Position numbers and translations under genes: made by a program
Shown here: one piece after another, positions 49,427 to 58,558 of the stretch
Layout of the letters: each line of letters opens with the position of its first letter
Position numbering within the stretch: position 1 is the first letter of the stretch
DNA from: an uncultured Actinomycetes bacterium
GTDB taxonomy: Bacteria > Actinomycetota > Acidimicrobiia > IMCC26256 > DASPTH01
Direction of reading: 5' to 3'
NCBI GenBank assembly: GCA_963720765.1
Contig: CAVRGS010000013.1
Coordinates: 76,854-140,853, forward strand
Length of the DNA stretch: 64,000 nucleotides
The notes under the pieces: generated by a model
Seen by the model: the letters and a program-made list of their open reading frames with translations, nothing else
Told to the model about the DNA's origin: nothing
Databases searched by the model: none

Positions 49427-51076
49427 TCATCCCAGTTCCGGGCGCATGCCGGGGCGCACCGACGTGTCGAGCTGCACCTCGTCGCGGCGGATGGGCGTGC
49501 CGTTCACCAGCACGTGGCGCAGCCCGACCGGCTCCTCGGCGGTGAGGCGCTCGCCGTCGGCGGGGAAGTCGCGCACCCGCCGGATCGGACCGGGCGCGAC
49601 CGTCGCCGGGTCGAACACGGTGAGGTCGGCCCACGCGCCCTCGCGCACGTAACCGCGGTCGACGAAGCCGAACATGTCGGCCGGCTCGCCGGTGAGCTTG
49701 CGCACCGCCCGCTCGATCGGCATCAGCTGTCGCTCGCGCACCCACCCGCCGAGGAAGTCGAGCGGCAGCGGCGCGTCGCAGAGCTGGCCCACGTGCGCGC
49801 CGGCGTCGGACAGGCCGAGCGCGACCTGCGGATGGGTGAGGAGCTGGCGGACCGGACCGTCGTCGTCGTTGGCGATGTAGATGCGAAAGCGCGTGTGGAG
49901 GTCCTCGGCGAGCGCGACGTCGCAGATCACGTCGAGTGGCCCGACGCCGCGCTCGCGCGCGAGGTCGTCGACCCGTCGCCCTTCGAGCTGCGGGTGACGG
50001 TTCGACTCGGAGATCTCGCACGTCTCCCAGCGCGGCGCCATGGGCTGCTCGGCCAGTTCGGAGGTCGCCCGGGCACGCCACTCGGGATCGGCGTAGGCGT
50101 TGAGGCGCGCGTCGCGGTCGAGGTCCATCAACGCGCCGAACATCGGGCTCACGTTGAGGCTGAACGGGCTGTCCATCGTGAACTGCATGGTGAGCGGGCG
50201 CGGCGTCACCTGCGGCCACACCTGCACGCCGCGCGCGACTGCTTCGTCGTGCAGCGCGAGCTGCGGGTGGTGACGATCGTTCGCCAGCGCGAACAGGGGA
50301 TAGGTGAACGGGCGGCCGATGCGCGGCTGGTACTCGTACATGTCGGCGTAGGTGCACTGCTCGCCCGCGGTGGCGAGCACCACGCCCTTTCCGGTGCTGC
50401 CGGCGGCGAGGAACAGCGCCTCGACCTCGTCGGGCTCTGCGAAGCGGCTGGGCACCGGCTTCCCGTCCATGCCGCGGTGGGTGTAGGCGAAGCTGGTGGA
50501 GAACCCAGCGGCACCAGCGCCGATCGCCTCGACGACGAGCGCGCACATCTGCTGGATCTCTTCGGGAGTGGCGGCGCGCTCGTAGGCATCGTCACCCATC
50601 ACGAACAGCCGCACCGAGCTGTGCCCGACGTAGGCCGTGAAGTTCAGGACGGTCCCGCGGGACCGCACCAGCTCGAGGTACTCGGGGTACGTGCGGAAGT
50701 CCCACACGATGCCCTCGGTGAGCGAGCCGGCGTCCATGTCCTCGACGTTCTCGAGGGTCTGCACGATGACGTCGTGGTGCTCGGCGCGCGTGGGTGCGAT
50801 GGTGAACCCGCAGTTGCCGGCGACCACGGTGGTCACACCCTGCGACGACGACGGCCGCATGGCGGGATCCCAGAACACCTGCGCGTCGTAGTGCGTGTGG
50901 ATGTCGACGAAGCCGGGTGCGACGACGCAGCCGTCGGCGTCGAGCTCACGGTCGCCGTGGAGGTCGGGTGCGATCTGCGTGATGCGCCCGTCGCTCACCG
51001 CGACGTCGGCGCGCCGGGGGTCCGCTCCGGTGCCGTCGACGACGGTGCCCCCGCGGATCACGATGTCGTGGCTCAC
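49427..51076 (-). CDS. D-aminoacylase-like amidohydrolase (second copy)
   Basis: DIVIRGGTVVDGTG, PGFVDIHTHYD; 549 aa. Paralogue of 5394-7130. Confidence 0.85.
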   Translation of the reverse strand: MSHDIVIRGGTVVDGTGADPRRADVAVSDGRITQIAPDLHGDRELDADGCVVAPGFVDIHTHYDAQVFWDPAMRPSSSQGVTTVVAGNCGFTIAPTRAEHHDVIVQTLENVEDMDAGSLTEGIVWDFRTYPEYLELVRSRGTVLNFTAYVGHSSVRLFVMGDDAYERAATPEEIQQMCALVVEAIGAGAAGFSTSFAYTHRGMDGKPVPSRFAEPDEVEALFLAAGSTGKGVVLATAGEQCTYADMYEYQPRIGRPFTYPLFALANDRHHPQLALHDEAVARGVQVWPQVTPRPLTMQFTMDSPFSLNVSPMFGALMDLDRDARLNAYADPEWRARATSELAEQPMAPRWETCEISESNRHPQLEGRRVDDLARERGVGPLDVICDVALAEDLHTRFRIYIANDDDGPVRQLLTHPQVALGLSDAGAHVGQLCDAPLPLDFLGGWVRERQLMPIERAVRKLTGEPADMFGFVDRGYVREGAWADLTVFDPATVAPGPIRRVRDFPADGERLTAEEPVGLRHVLVNGTPIRRDEVQLDTSVRPGMRPELG

Positions 51077-51921
51077 TTCGCGTCGCCTCCTTCTGCAGAC
51101 TTCTCCGCCGAGCCCGTCTTGGCCCGGGCCGCGCGTGCCTCGTCGCCGGCCTTCACGCCCCGCATGAGGTCGCGCAGTTGCGTGACCGGTGGTCCGGCGC
51201 TCGTGCCGCCGTCGATCGGCATGACGATCCCGGTGATCTGCGCCGACCGGTCACTCGCCAGGTAGAGCACCGCATCGGCGACGTCGGCCGGCGAACCGTG
51301 GCGCTGCAGGGGCTGCATGGTGCGGATGACCGAGCCGAGGTCGTAGTTGGTGATGCCGGTGGGGATGTGCCCGGGGGCGATGCAGTTCACGCGGATGTTG
51401 TGCGGCGCCAGGTCGATGGCGGCCGACTTGCTGAACTGCACGACGGCCGCCTTCGCGGCGCGGTACACGATCGGGCCGGCGCCGCCGGTGGTCGCGGCGA
51501 TGGACGCGGTGTTGACGATCGCGCCGCCACCCTGCTCGGCCATCTGCCGCGCCGCCCGCTGCGTGCCGAGCATGACGCCTTTCAGGTCGACCCCGATCAC
51601 GGCGTCGAAATCGGAGAGGTCGTTGTCGATGAGGCGCTCGAACTTGCTGCCGATGCCCGCGTTGTTGAACATGACGTCGAGCCCGCCGAACTGCGCGACC
51701 GCGAGATCGACTGCGGCCTGCATGTCGTCGGCGTTGCTCACGTCGACCCGCTGGAACGCCACCGCATCGCCGAGCTCCGAGGCCAGTTCCTCGCCGCGTC
51801 CCTCGTCGATGTCGGCGATGACGACCCGGGCACCTTCGGCGACGAACCGTTCGACGGTGGCACGACCGATGCCGCCCGCCCCGCCGGTCACGACCGCGAC
51901 CTTGCCCTCGAGTTCCCCCAT
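51073..51921 (-). CDS. SDR family oxidoreductase
   Basis: VTGGAGGIG, NNAG, YRAAK. 4-nt overlap with the downstream gene. Confidence 0.9.
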   Translation of the reverse strand: MGELEGKVAVVTGGAGGIGRATVERFVAEGARVVIADIDEGRGEELASELGDAVAFQRVDVSNADDMQAAVDLAVAQFGGLDVMFNNAGIGSKFERLIDNDLSDFDAVIGVDLKGVMLGTQRAARQMAEQGGGAIVNTASIAATTGGAGPIVYRAAKAAVVQFSKSAAIDLAPHNIRVNCIAPGHIPTGITNYDLGSVIRTMQPLQRHGSPADVADAVLYLASDRSAQITGIVMPIDGGTSAGPPVTQLRDLMRGVKAGDEARAARAKTGSAEKSAEGGDAK

Positions 51922-51922
51922 G

Positions 51923-52927
51923 TCAGAGTCCCTTCTCGATCCAGTGGTCCGGTCGCGGGTCGACCCCGTGCCGGGCGAAGATCTCGTCGATCGCGGCCTG
52001 GTCGGCCGCGCCGAGCGTCCAGTCGAGTGCCGCGGCGTCGTCGTCGACCTCCGCGACGGACCGGCATCCGACCAGCGACGCGGTCACGCCGGCCGTCGCG
52101 GTCGCCCACCGCAGCGCGAGCTGTGCGACCGAGTGGCCGCGCGCCTCGGCGAGTTCGCGCAGCTCGTTCACCACCGCCACGTTCTCGGCGATGCGACCCG
52201 GGCCGAACAGGTGCTCGAACAGCGGCGACATCACGCCCCACTTGTCGGTCTTCGAGCGCCAGTCGTCGGCCGGGAAGGAGTGGTCGGCGGGCAGCGTGCC
52301 GCTCAACAATCCGTACGCCAGCGCGCCGTAGCCGAGGAAGCCGACGTCGTTCCTGACGCACCAGGGGACGAGGTCGGCCTCCATCCGGCGATCGAACAGC
52401 CCGTACACGTACTGCACGACGTCGATGCGGCGAAACTTCGCGCACGCCTGCACTTCGTCGAGGGTGAAGTTGGAGAGCGCGACGAAGCGCACCTTGCCCG
52501 CGCTCACCACCTCCTCGAGCGCGCCCAGCGTCTCCTCGAACGGGGTGTCGCGGTCGGGCCAGTGCACGGTGTACACGTCGACGTGGTCGGTGCCGAGGCG
52601 TTGCAGGCTGGCGTCGATCGATGCGTGCACCCGCTCGGCGCGACCATCACGAAAGTTGGCGCGCTCGGTGTAGCCGGTACCGAACTTGGTGGAGATGATC
52701 GCCTCGTCGCGCCGACCGCGCAGCGCGCGTCCGAGCGCTTCCTCCGACGCGCCGAAGCCGTAGGCCTCGGCGGTGTCGAAGAGGTTGATGCCGACGTCGA
52801 GCGCGTGGCCGACGGCGCGGGCGAACTCGCGCGCATCGATGTCGCCGTAGCCGCCGCCCACCTCCTGGCAGCCGAACCCGATGGCCGACACCTGCACGCC
52901 GGTGGCTCCGAGCGGGCGTTGCTCCAT
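51923..52927 (-). CDS. Aldo/keto reductase
   Basis: LGATGVQVSAIGFGC, DTAEAYG, VDVYTVHWPD; 334 aa. Confidence 0.9.
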   Translation of the reverse strand: MEQRPLGATGVQVSAIGFGCQEVGGGYGDIDAREFARAVGHALDVGINLFDTAEAYGFGASEEALGRALRGRRDEAIISTKFGTGYTERANFRDGRAERVHASIDASLQRLGTDHVDVYTVHWPDRDTPFEETLGALEEVVSAGKVRFVALSNFTLDEVQACAKFRRIDVVQYVYGLFDRRMEADLVPWCVRNDVGFLGYGALAYGLLSGTLPADHSFPADDWRSKTDKWGVMSPLFEHLFGPGRIAENVAVVNELRELAEARGHSVAQLALRWATATAGVTASLVGCRSVAEVDDDAAALDWTLGAADQAAIDEIFARHGVDPRPDHWIEKGL

Positions 52928-52955
52928 CAGGGTCGGTCCACCGTCGACGCGGCGC

Positions 52956-54215
52956 TCACGCGAGTCGGCAGCGAACGGGGAGGTGCTTGATCCCGCCGTT
53001 CACTGCGGAGTTGAGTCGCTCCACCGGGCCGGTCACCTCGAACGAGTCGAGGCGCGCCAGGAGGTGGTGGAACACGGTGACCATTTCCATGCGCGCCAGG
53101 TGTGCGCCCATGCAGAAGTGCTGCCCGATGCCGAACGCGAGGTGCGGGTTGGGGCTGCGGTCGATCCGGAACGCGAACGGATCGTCGAAGACCTCGTCGT
53201 CGCGATTTCCCGATGCGAAGAAGAGCGCGAGCTTGTCGCCCTCGTGGATCTCGACGCCGTGCACCTCGGCATCTTCCATCGCGGTGCGGGTGAAGTGGAT
53301 GATCGGCGTGACGTAACGCAGCATCTCCTCGACCGCACCGGCGAGGAGATCGGGATCGTTGCGCAGGCGAGCCCACTGCTCTCGGTGCTGGTCGAGCGCG
53401 AGGAGGCCGCCGCTGATCGCGTTGCGGGTGGTCTCGTTGCCGGCTTCGACGATCAGCTCGCAGTACGAGAGCAGTTGCATCTCGGTGAGCGGCTCGCCGT
53501 CGATCTCAGCCGCGATCAGCTCGCTCACGATGTCGTCGCCAGGCTCGCGTCGATGCCGTTCGATCAGTTCGGCGAGATACGTGTGCATCTCGATGCGGGC
53601 GCGGCGCAGCGTCTGGCCCGGACTCTCACCGGGACGGCGGAACTCGGGATCGTCCTTGCCGATGACCTCATTGGTCCAGCGGAACAACAGCTCGCGGTCT
53701 TCGTGCGGAACACCGAGGAACCACGCGATCACCGCGATGGGAAGCGGAGCGGCGACGTGCTGCACGAAGTCGAACTCCGCACCTTCTGCCGCGGCGTCCT
53801 CGATGCCGTCGAGCACCTCCAGCGCAAGGCGTTCGATGTCGTGGTTGCGCTCCTTGATCGCACGTGGGGTGAGTCGGCGCATCGCGACTCGTCGGAGCGG
53901 GCCGTGGCGGGGAGGGTCGAGGGTGACGACCATCTCGATCGGTTGGCCCATCGCGCCCTTCGGTCCGATCATCAGGCCGTGCTCGTTGGAGAACCGGTTC
54001 GGCTGTGACGCCACGTCGAGGATGTCGGCGTGCTTGGTGATGGCCCAGAACGGTTCGTAGCCCTCGGGCTCGAACCATGCGACCGGTGCCTCGGCGCGAA
54101 GTTGCGTCCACACGTCGTCGGGATAGCCGTGCTCGGCGTAGCGCGCCGGATCACAGAGGTCGAGCGGATCGATCGAGGCGGGGTGGAGGACGCGATCAGT
54201 CCTGAAGTCGGTCAT
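52956..54215 (-). CDS. Cytochrome P450
   Basis: FGIGQHFCMGAHLA, AGNETT, EMLRYVTP. Confidence 0.9.
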   Translation of the reverse strand: MTDFRTDRVLHPASIDPLDLCDPARYAEHGYPDDVWTQLRAEAPVAWFEPEGYEPFWAITKHADILDVASQPNRFSNEHGLMIGPKGAMGQPIEMVVTLDPPRHGPLRRVAMRRLTPRAIKERNHDIERLALEVLDGIEDAAAEGAEFDFVQHVAAPLPIAVIAWFLGVPHEDRELLFRWTNEVIGKDDPEFRRPGESPGQTLRRARIEMHTYLAELIERHRREPGDDIVSELIAAEIDGEPLTEMQLLSYCELIVEAGNETTRNAISGGLLALDQHREQWARLRNDPDLLAGAVEEMLRYVTPIIHFTRTAMEDAEVHGVEIHEGDKLALFFASGNRDDEVFDDPFAFRIDRSPNPHLAFGIGQHFCMGAHLARMEMVTVFHHLLARLDSFEVTGPVERLNSAVNGGIKHLPVRCRLA

Positions 54216-54221
54216 GCGCGT

Positions 54222-54860
54222 TCAGGCTCGTTCGAGGGCGGCGAGGGTCTCGGCCGACGCGGGTGCTTCCAGGTAGCCGACGATTCCGTCGACCACGTCA
54301 CCGAGTGCGACCGCGAACGGGAGCACGGGCTGGCCGAAGCCGCGGGCGCGCTCGCGGTCGGCGGCCGCGTGCACCAGCGATGCCATCGCGCGCCGGATGC
54401 GATGCGTGCGCAGCGGTTCGACGAGGTGCGCGAGCAGCGATGAGATGTGCGCGTGGTACGCGCGCGTCGACGTGACCAGGTCGTCAGGGAGGTCTTCGAA
54501 GAGGTCGGTGCGACCCGACTGCGTGAGCATCGAGACGAAGCTCATGTAGTTGCTGTCGTCGAGCTCGCTCTGCTCGAACATCCAGCGGGCTTCGCACTCG
54601 ACCCACGCCCGCAGGTCGTCGGGTCGACGCTCCGCGAGGAGCAGATCGCGCCGCTCGCGCAAGCGGGGGAGCCGGTATTCGAAGACCGCCTGCACGAGTC
54701 GGTCCTTGGTCCCGAAGTGGTACTGCACCGCGGAGTTGTTGCCGTTGCCCGCTGCCGCGCCGATCTGGCGCAACGAGACGCCCTCGACGCCGCGCTCGGC
54801 GAAGAGGCCCTCCGCGGCCAGGACGATCTGCTCCTTCGTCGACGGGGTGATCACCGCCAC
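54222..54860 (-). CDS. TetR-family transcriptional regulator
   Basis: HTH QIVLAAEGLFAERGVEGVSLRQIGAAAGNGNNSAVQYHF. Confidence 0.85.
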   Translation of the reverse strand: MAVITPSTKEQIVLAAEGLFAERGVEGVSLRQIGAAAGNGNNSAVQYHFGTKDRLVQAVFEYRLPRLRERRDLLLAERRPDDLRAWVECEARWMFEQSELDDSNYMSFVSMLTQSGRTDLFEDLPDDLVTSTRAYHAHISSLLAHLVEPLRTHRIRRAMASLVHAAADRERARGFGQPVLPFAVALGDVVDGIVGYLEAPASAETLAALERA

Positions 54861-54968
54861 GATGGTCGACTCCGCTCCGGCGTGGTGGTCGTCGGGGTCG
54901 CCCGGCCCCGCCTCGGCTGCGTCTCGTTCACAGACGAGATCCCATCACCCTGGACAGCGAAAGTCAAT

Positions 54969-54986
54969 CGTCTTAAAGTTCAGACG
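54969..54986. promoter_or_regulatory. Inverted repeat in an AT-richer divergent promoter (candidate operator)
   Basis: cgtct taaagttc agacg, 36 nt upstream of ATG 55022. A second repeat, tctcgt tcacag acgaga, lies at 54922-54939. Confidence 0.3.
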
Positions 54987-55021
54987 TTCCGAGAACTGCC
55001 GTCCCGGGGGAGAGCGCTCGC

Positions 55022-56269
55022 ATGACCGCGAACACCACGTCGAATGCCGGCGCCACGCCCACGCAGGTCGAGTTCGACCTCACCAGCATGACGACGCGAC
55101 GGGCGTCGGACGATGCGCTGCAGGAGGTCAAGGCGACCGGGTGTCCGGTGGTGTGGACCGAGGACAACGGCGGCCACTGGATCGTCGGGACCTACGACCT
55201 CGTGGCCTCGGCGTTCCGCGACTGGGAGACGTTCTCGTCGGAGCGCCGTGAGCCCGGCCGTTCCGCGATCGCCTTCACCAACAGCAGCCTCCCGCCGTGT
55301 CTCCCCGAGGAGAGCGACCCTCCCCACTGGTACGGCTACCGCCGCGCACTGGCCACGATCCTCTCGCCGCAGGCGTCGGAGCGGCTGCGCGGCCGCGCCC
55401 GCCACTGGACGCGGTGGGCGCTCGACCAGGTCGTCGAGACCGGTGAGATCGAGTTCGTCCACGATCTCACCACGGTGGTGCCGGCGCGCGTCACCCTCGA
55501 GTGGCTCGGGTATCCGGAGGAGGAGTGGCAGTGGTTCGCCGACACCTTCCACGGGATCTCCGCGTACCCCGCGGGTTCGCCCGAGCACCACGAGGCGTCG
55601 CAGGCGTACAAGCCGGTGCTCGCGCGCATCGAGGAGGAGCTGCACGACCGCATCGTCTCGCCCCGCGACGACGCGCTCAGCGCGATCGCGCACCACGAGG
55701 TCGACGGCGAGCGCTTGTCGGAAGACGCCGCGCAGTCGATCGCGTTCCTCACGACCGTCGGCGGCATCGACACCACGACGGCACTCGCCGGCGGCGCGCT
55801 GCTGCACCTCTCGGCCTTCCCGGCCGATCGTCAACGCCTGATCGACGACCCGTCGTTGTTGCCGTTGGCGACCGAGGAGTTCCTGCGCTTCTATCCGCCG
55901 GCGCGCGCGCACAAGCGCATCGTGGCGACCGACACCGAGTTCGGCGGCGTGAACATGAAGGCCGGCGACGAAGTGCTGCTCAGCGAGGTGGCCGCGGGCC
56001 GCGACGAGTCGGAGTTCCCCGATGCCGACACGTTCGTGGTCGACCGCAACCCCAACCGGCACGTGTCGTTCGGGGTGGGCATCCACCGTTGCCCGGGCTC
56101 GCACCTCGCCCGCATCACGTTCTCGGAGATGATCACGGCGGTGCTCGAACGCATGCCCGACTACCACATCGACCCCGACGCGGTCGTCGACTACCCCGAC
56201 TGGGCGATGGTCGGCGGGTGGCAACGCATGCCGGCGACGTTCACGCCCACGCCGCGCTCGGCCCACTGA
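55022..56269 (+). CDS. Cytochrome P450
   Basis: FGVGIHRCPGSHLA, EEFLRFYPP; 415 aa. Confidence 0.9.
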   Translation: MTANTTSNAGATPTQVEFDLTSMTTRRASDDALQEVKATGCPVVWTEDNGGHWIVGTYDLVASAFRDWETFSSERREPGRSAIAFTNSSLPPCLPEESDPPHWYGYRRALATILSPQASERLRGRARHWTRWALDQVVETGEIEFVHDLTTVVPARVTLEWLGYPEEEWQWFADTFHGISAYPAGSPEHHEASQAYKPVLARIEEELHDRIVSPRDDALSAIAHHEVDGERLSEDAAQSIAFLTTVGGIDTTTALAGGALLHLSAFPADRQRLIDDPSLLPLATEEFLRFYPPARAHKRIVATDTEFGGVNMKAGDEVLLSEVAAGRDESEFPDADTFVVDRNPNRHVSFGVGIHRCPGSHLARITFSEMITAVLERMPDYHIDPDAVVDYPDWAMVGGWQRMPATFTPTPRSAH

Positions 56270-56282
56270 CACACTGGCGCGC

Positions 56283-57380
56283 GTGGTCGATCTCTCGCTC
56301 TCAGAAGAACAAGAACAACTGGTCGAAGCGTTCCGCGTCTTCTTCGCCAAGGAGTGCCCGCCGACGGTGGTGCGCGACGCGGAGGAGGCCGGCGGCTTCG
56401 ACGGCGTGTTGTGGCGCGCGGTGTCGGCGCTCGGCGGCCCGACGATGGGTGTCGCCGAGGAGCTCGGCGGTGGCGGCGCCGACCTGCTCGACCTCGAGCT
56501 CGCCGCCGAACGCTTCGGTGCCGCACTGGCGCCGGTGCCGCTCGTCGATGCGTGGGTGACCGCGCGCCTGCTGGCCTCAACCGGTGACGCGGGACGGGTG
56601 GTGCTCGACCGACTCGCGGGCGACGAGCCGCCGGTGGCGGTGCTCGCACTCCATCCCGCGCGCGACGGTGTGGCCCGACTCGTGCCCGGCGGTGGCGCGG
56701 CGACGGTCGTGGTTGGTCTCGACGACGACGAGCTCGTCGTCGTGGACGGTGAACCCGACGCACCGGCGCGCGCCCACGACCTCGGTCGGGCGGCGATCGC
56801 CGACCGTTCGTTGCGGGGCGGGACCCGCACGGTCCTCGCGACCGGTGACGGCGCGCGTGCACTGCACGAGCACGCCGTCGACGAGTGGCGCGTGCTCACC
56901 GCAGGTGCGCTCGTGGGCCTCGCCGCCGCGGTGCTCGAGATCGGCGTCGAGTACGCCAAGCAGCGACAGCAGTTCGGGGTGCCCATCGGCTCGTTCCAGG
57001 CGCTCGCCCACCGGTTGGCCGACGTGGCGACGGCGACCGAGGGTGCGCAGCTGCTCGCGCGCGAGGCCGCGTGGGCGGCCGACGGAGGTGAATCCGATGC
57101 GGTTGCACTGGCGCGCATGGCGTTCCTGTTCGCGGCGCGTGCGGCGCAGGACACCGCGGCCGCCGCGCTGCACGTGCACGGCGGCTACGGCTTCACGCTC
57201 GAGTACGACGTGCAGCTGTACCTCCGACGGGCCAAGGCGTGGCCGCTCGCGCTCGGTGACCCGCGGCGCGGCACGCTGCAGCTCGCCGACGCGCTGTTCG
57301 GACCGGTGGAAGAGGCAGGCTCGACGGAAGAGGCAGGCTCGACGGAAGAGGCAGGCTCGACGGAAGAGGTGGTGCAGTGA
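56283..57380 (+). CDS. Acyl-CoA dehydrogenase family protein (candidate non-canonical partner subunit)
   Basis: ACAD C-terminal helices (EYAKQRQQFGVPIGSFQALAHRLAD; GGYGFTLEYDVQLYLRRAK). The N-terminal and middle domains are glycine/alanine-rich and poorly conserved. The tail is (EEAGST)x3. Confidence 0.75.
   Translation: MVDLSLSEEQEQLVEAFRVFFAKECPPTVVRDAEEAGGFDGVLWRAVSALGGPTMGVAEELGGGGADLLDLELAAERFGAALAPVPLVDAWVTARLLASTGDAGRVVLDRLAGDEPPVAVLALHPARDGVARLVPGGGAATVVVGLDDDELVVVDGEPDAPARAHDLGRAAIADRSLRGGTRTVLATGDGARALHEHAVDEWRVLTAGALVGLAAAVLEIGVEYAKQRQQFGVPIGSFQALAHRLADVATATEGAQLLAREAAWAADGGESDAVALARMAFLFAARAAQDTAAAALHVHGGYGFTLEYDVQLYLRRAKAWPLALGDPRRGTLQLADALFGPVEEAGSTEEAGSTEEAGSTEEVVQ
57309..57369 (+). 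repeat. Perfect 18-bp tandem repeat, 3.4 copies
   Basis: gaagaggcaggctcgacg at 57309-57326, 57327-57344 and 57345-57362, then gaagagg. Encodes EEAGST x3 at the C-terminus of the ACAD gene. Confidence 0.95.
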
Positions 57381-58549
57381 TCGACTTCCGCCTCGGCGAG
57401 CGCAGCGACGCATTCCGCGACGAGGTCCGTGCGTTCCTGGGTGAGCACTTCAGTCCCGAGATGGTCGAGCGGGCGCACGACACCGGGACGTCGCACAACT
57501 GGGAATTCCACCGGGCGCTCGGCGCGCAGGGATGGATCGCGGCGTCGTGGCCCGAGGAGTACGGCGGCCAGGGTCGCGATCCGATGGAGATGACCGCGAT
57601 GCGCGACGAGCTCCGCATGGCGGGCGTCCCGACCGACGGACTCGGTCAGACGATCATGATCGCCCGCACCCTCCGTGCCGTCGGCACCGAGGAACAGAAG
57701 CAGCAATTCATCCCTCCCGCGCTGGCGGGCGAGATCATCTTCGCCCTTGGCTACACCGAACCCGACTCCGGGTCCGACGTCGCTGCGGCGAAGACGCGCG
57801 CCGTGCGCGACGGCGACGAGTGGGTCATCGAGGGTCAGAAGATGTTCACGACGTTGGCCCATGAGGCCACGTACGTCTTCCTGCTGACGCGCACGAATCC
57901 CGACGTGCCCAAGCACCAGGGTCTCACGATGTTCCTCGTGCCGCTCGACTCGCCCGGCGTCGAGATCCATCCCGTGCACACGATGGGCGGCGAGCGCACC
58001 AACGCCACCTTCTACTCGGGGGTGCGCGTCCCCGACTCGATGCGCGTGGGCGAGGTCGACGGCGGATGGGACGTGATGACCGTCGCGCTCACGTTCGAGC
58101 GTGGCGGGTTCGCCCTGAGTGAGGCCGATCGGGTGTGGCAGCAGACGGTCGACTGGGCCACCGCCACCCGCCGGCCCGACGGCACCCGCGTGATCGACGA
58201 CCCGCTGGTGCGCGAGCGGCTCGCGGCCATGCGCATCCACGACGAGGTGGCGCGTCTCCTCGCGCTGCGGTGCTCGTACGTGGCGGCGACCGGCGCGCTG
58301 CCGGGTGTCGAGGGATCGATGCACAAGTTGTTCTACGCCGAGTCGATGACCGCCGACGCCGACGAGCTGGTCGACATGCTCGGTGCCGACGGCGTGCTGT
58401 CGCACGGCGATGCGGAGGCTCCGGTGCACGGGTGGGTGGAGCACCTGTACCGGCACGCGGCCGTCACCACCATCTACGGGGGAACGAGCGAGGTGCAGCG
58501 CGACATCATCGCGTCGCGCGGCCTCGGACTCCCGCGCAACCGCCGCTGA
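57377..58549 (+). CDS. Acyl-CoA dehydrogenase
   Basis: GYTEPDSGSDVAA, WVIEGQKMFTT, IYGGTSEVQRDII. GTG overlaps the upstream stop (GTGA). Confidence 0.9.
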   Translation: MIDFRLGERSDAFRDEVRAFLGEHFSPEMVERAHDTGTSHNWEFHRALGAQGWIAASWPEEYGGQGRDPMEMTAMRDELRMAGVPTDGLGQTIMIARTLRAVGTEEQKQQFIPPALAGEIIFALGYTEPDSGSDVAAAKTRAVRDGDEWVIEGQKMFTTLAHEATYVFLLTRTNPDVPKHQGLTMFLVPLDSPGVEIHPVHTMGGERTNATFYSGVRVPDSMRVGEVDGGWDVMTVALTFERGGFALSEADRVWQQTVDWATATRRPDGTRVIDDPLVRERLAAMRIHDEVARLLALRCSYVAATGALPGVEGSMHKLFYAESMTADADELVDMLGADGVLSHGDAEAPVHGWVEHLYRHAAVTTIYGGTSEVQRDIIASRGLGLPRNRR

Positions 58550-58558
58550 AGGAGCGTC

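Noticed and set aside
57309-57369. CRISPR-like or other spaced repeat array (also considered for 27297-27352).
   Set aside because: The units are directly adjacent with no spacers, lie inside a coding tail or a short spacer, and no cas genes are present.
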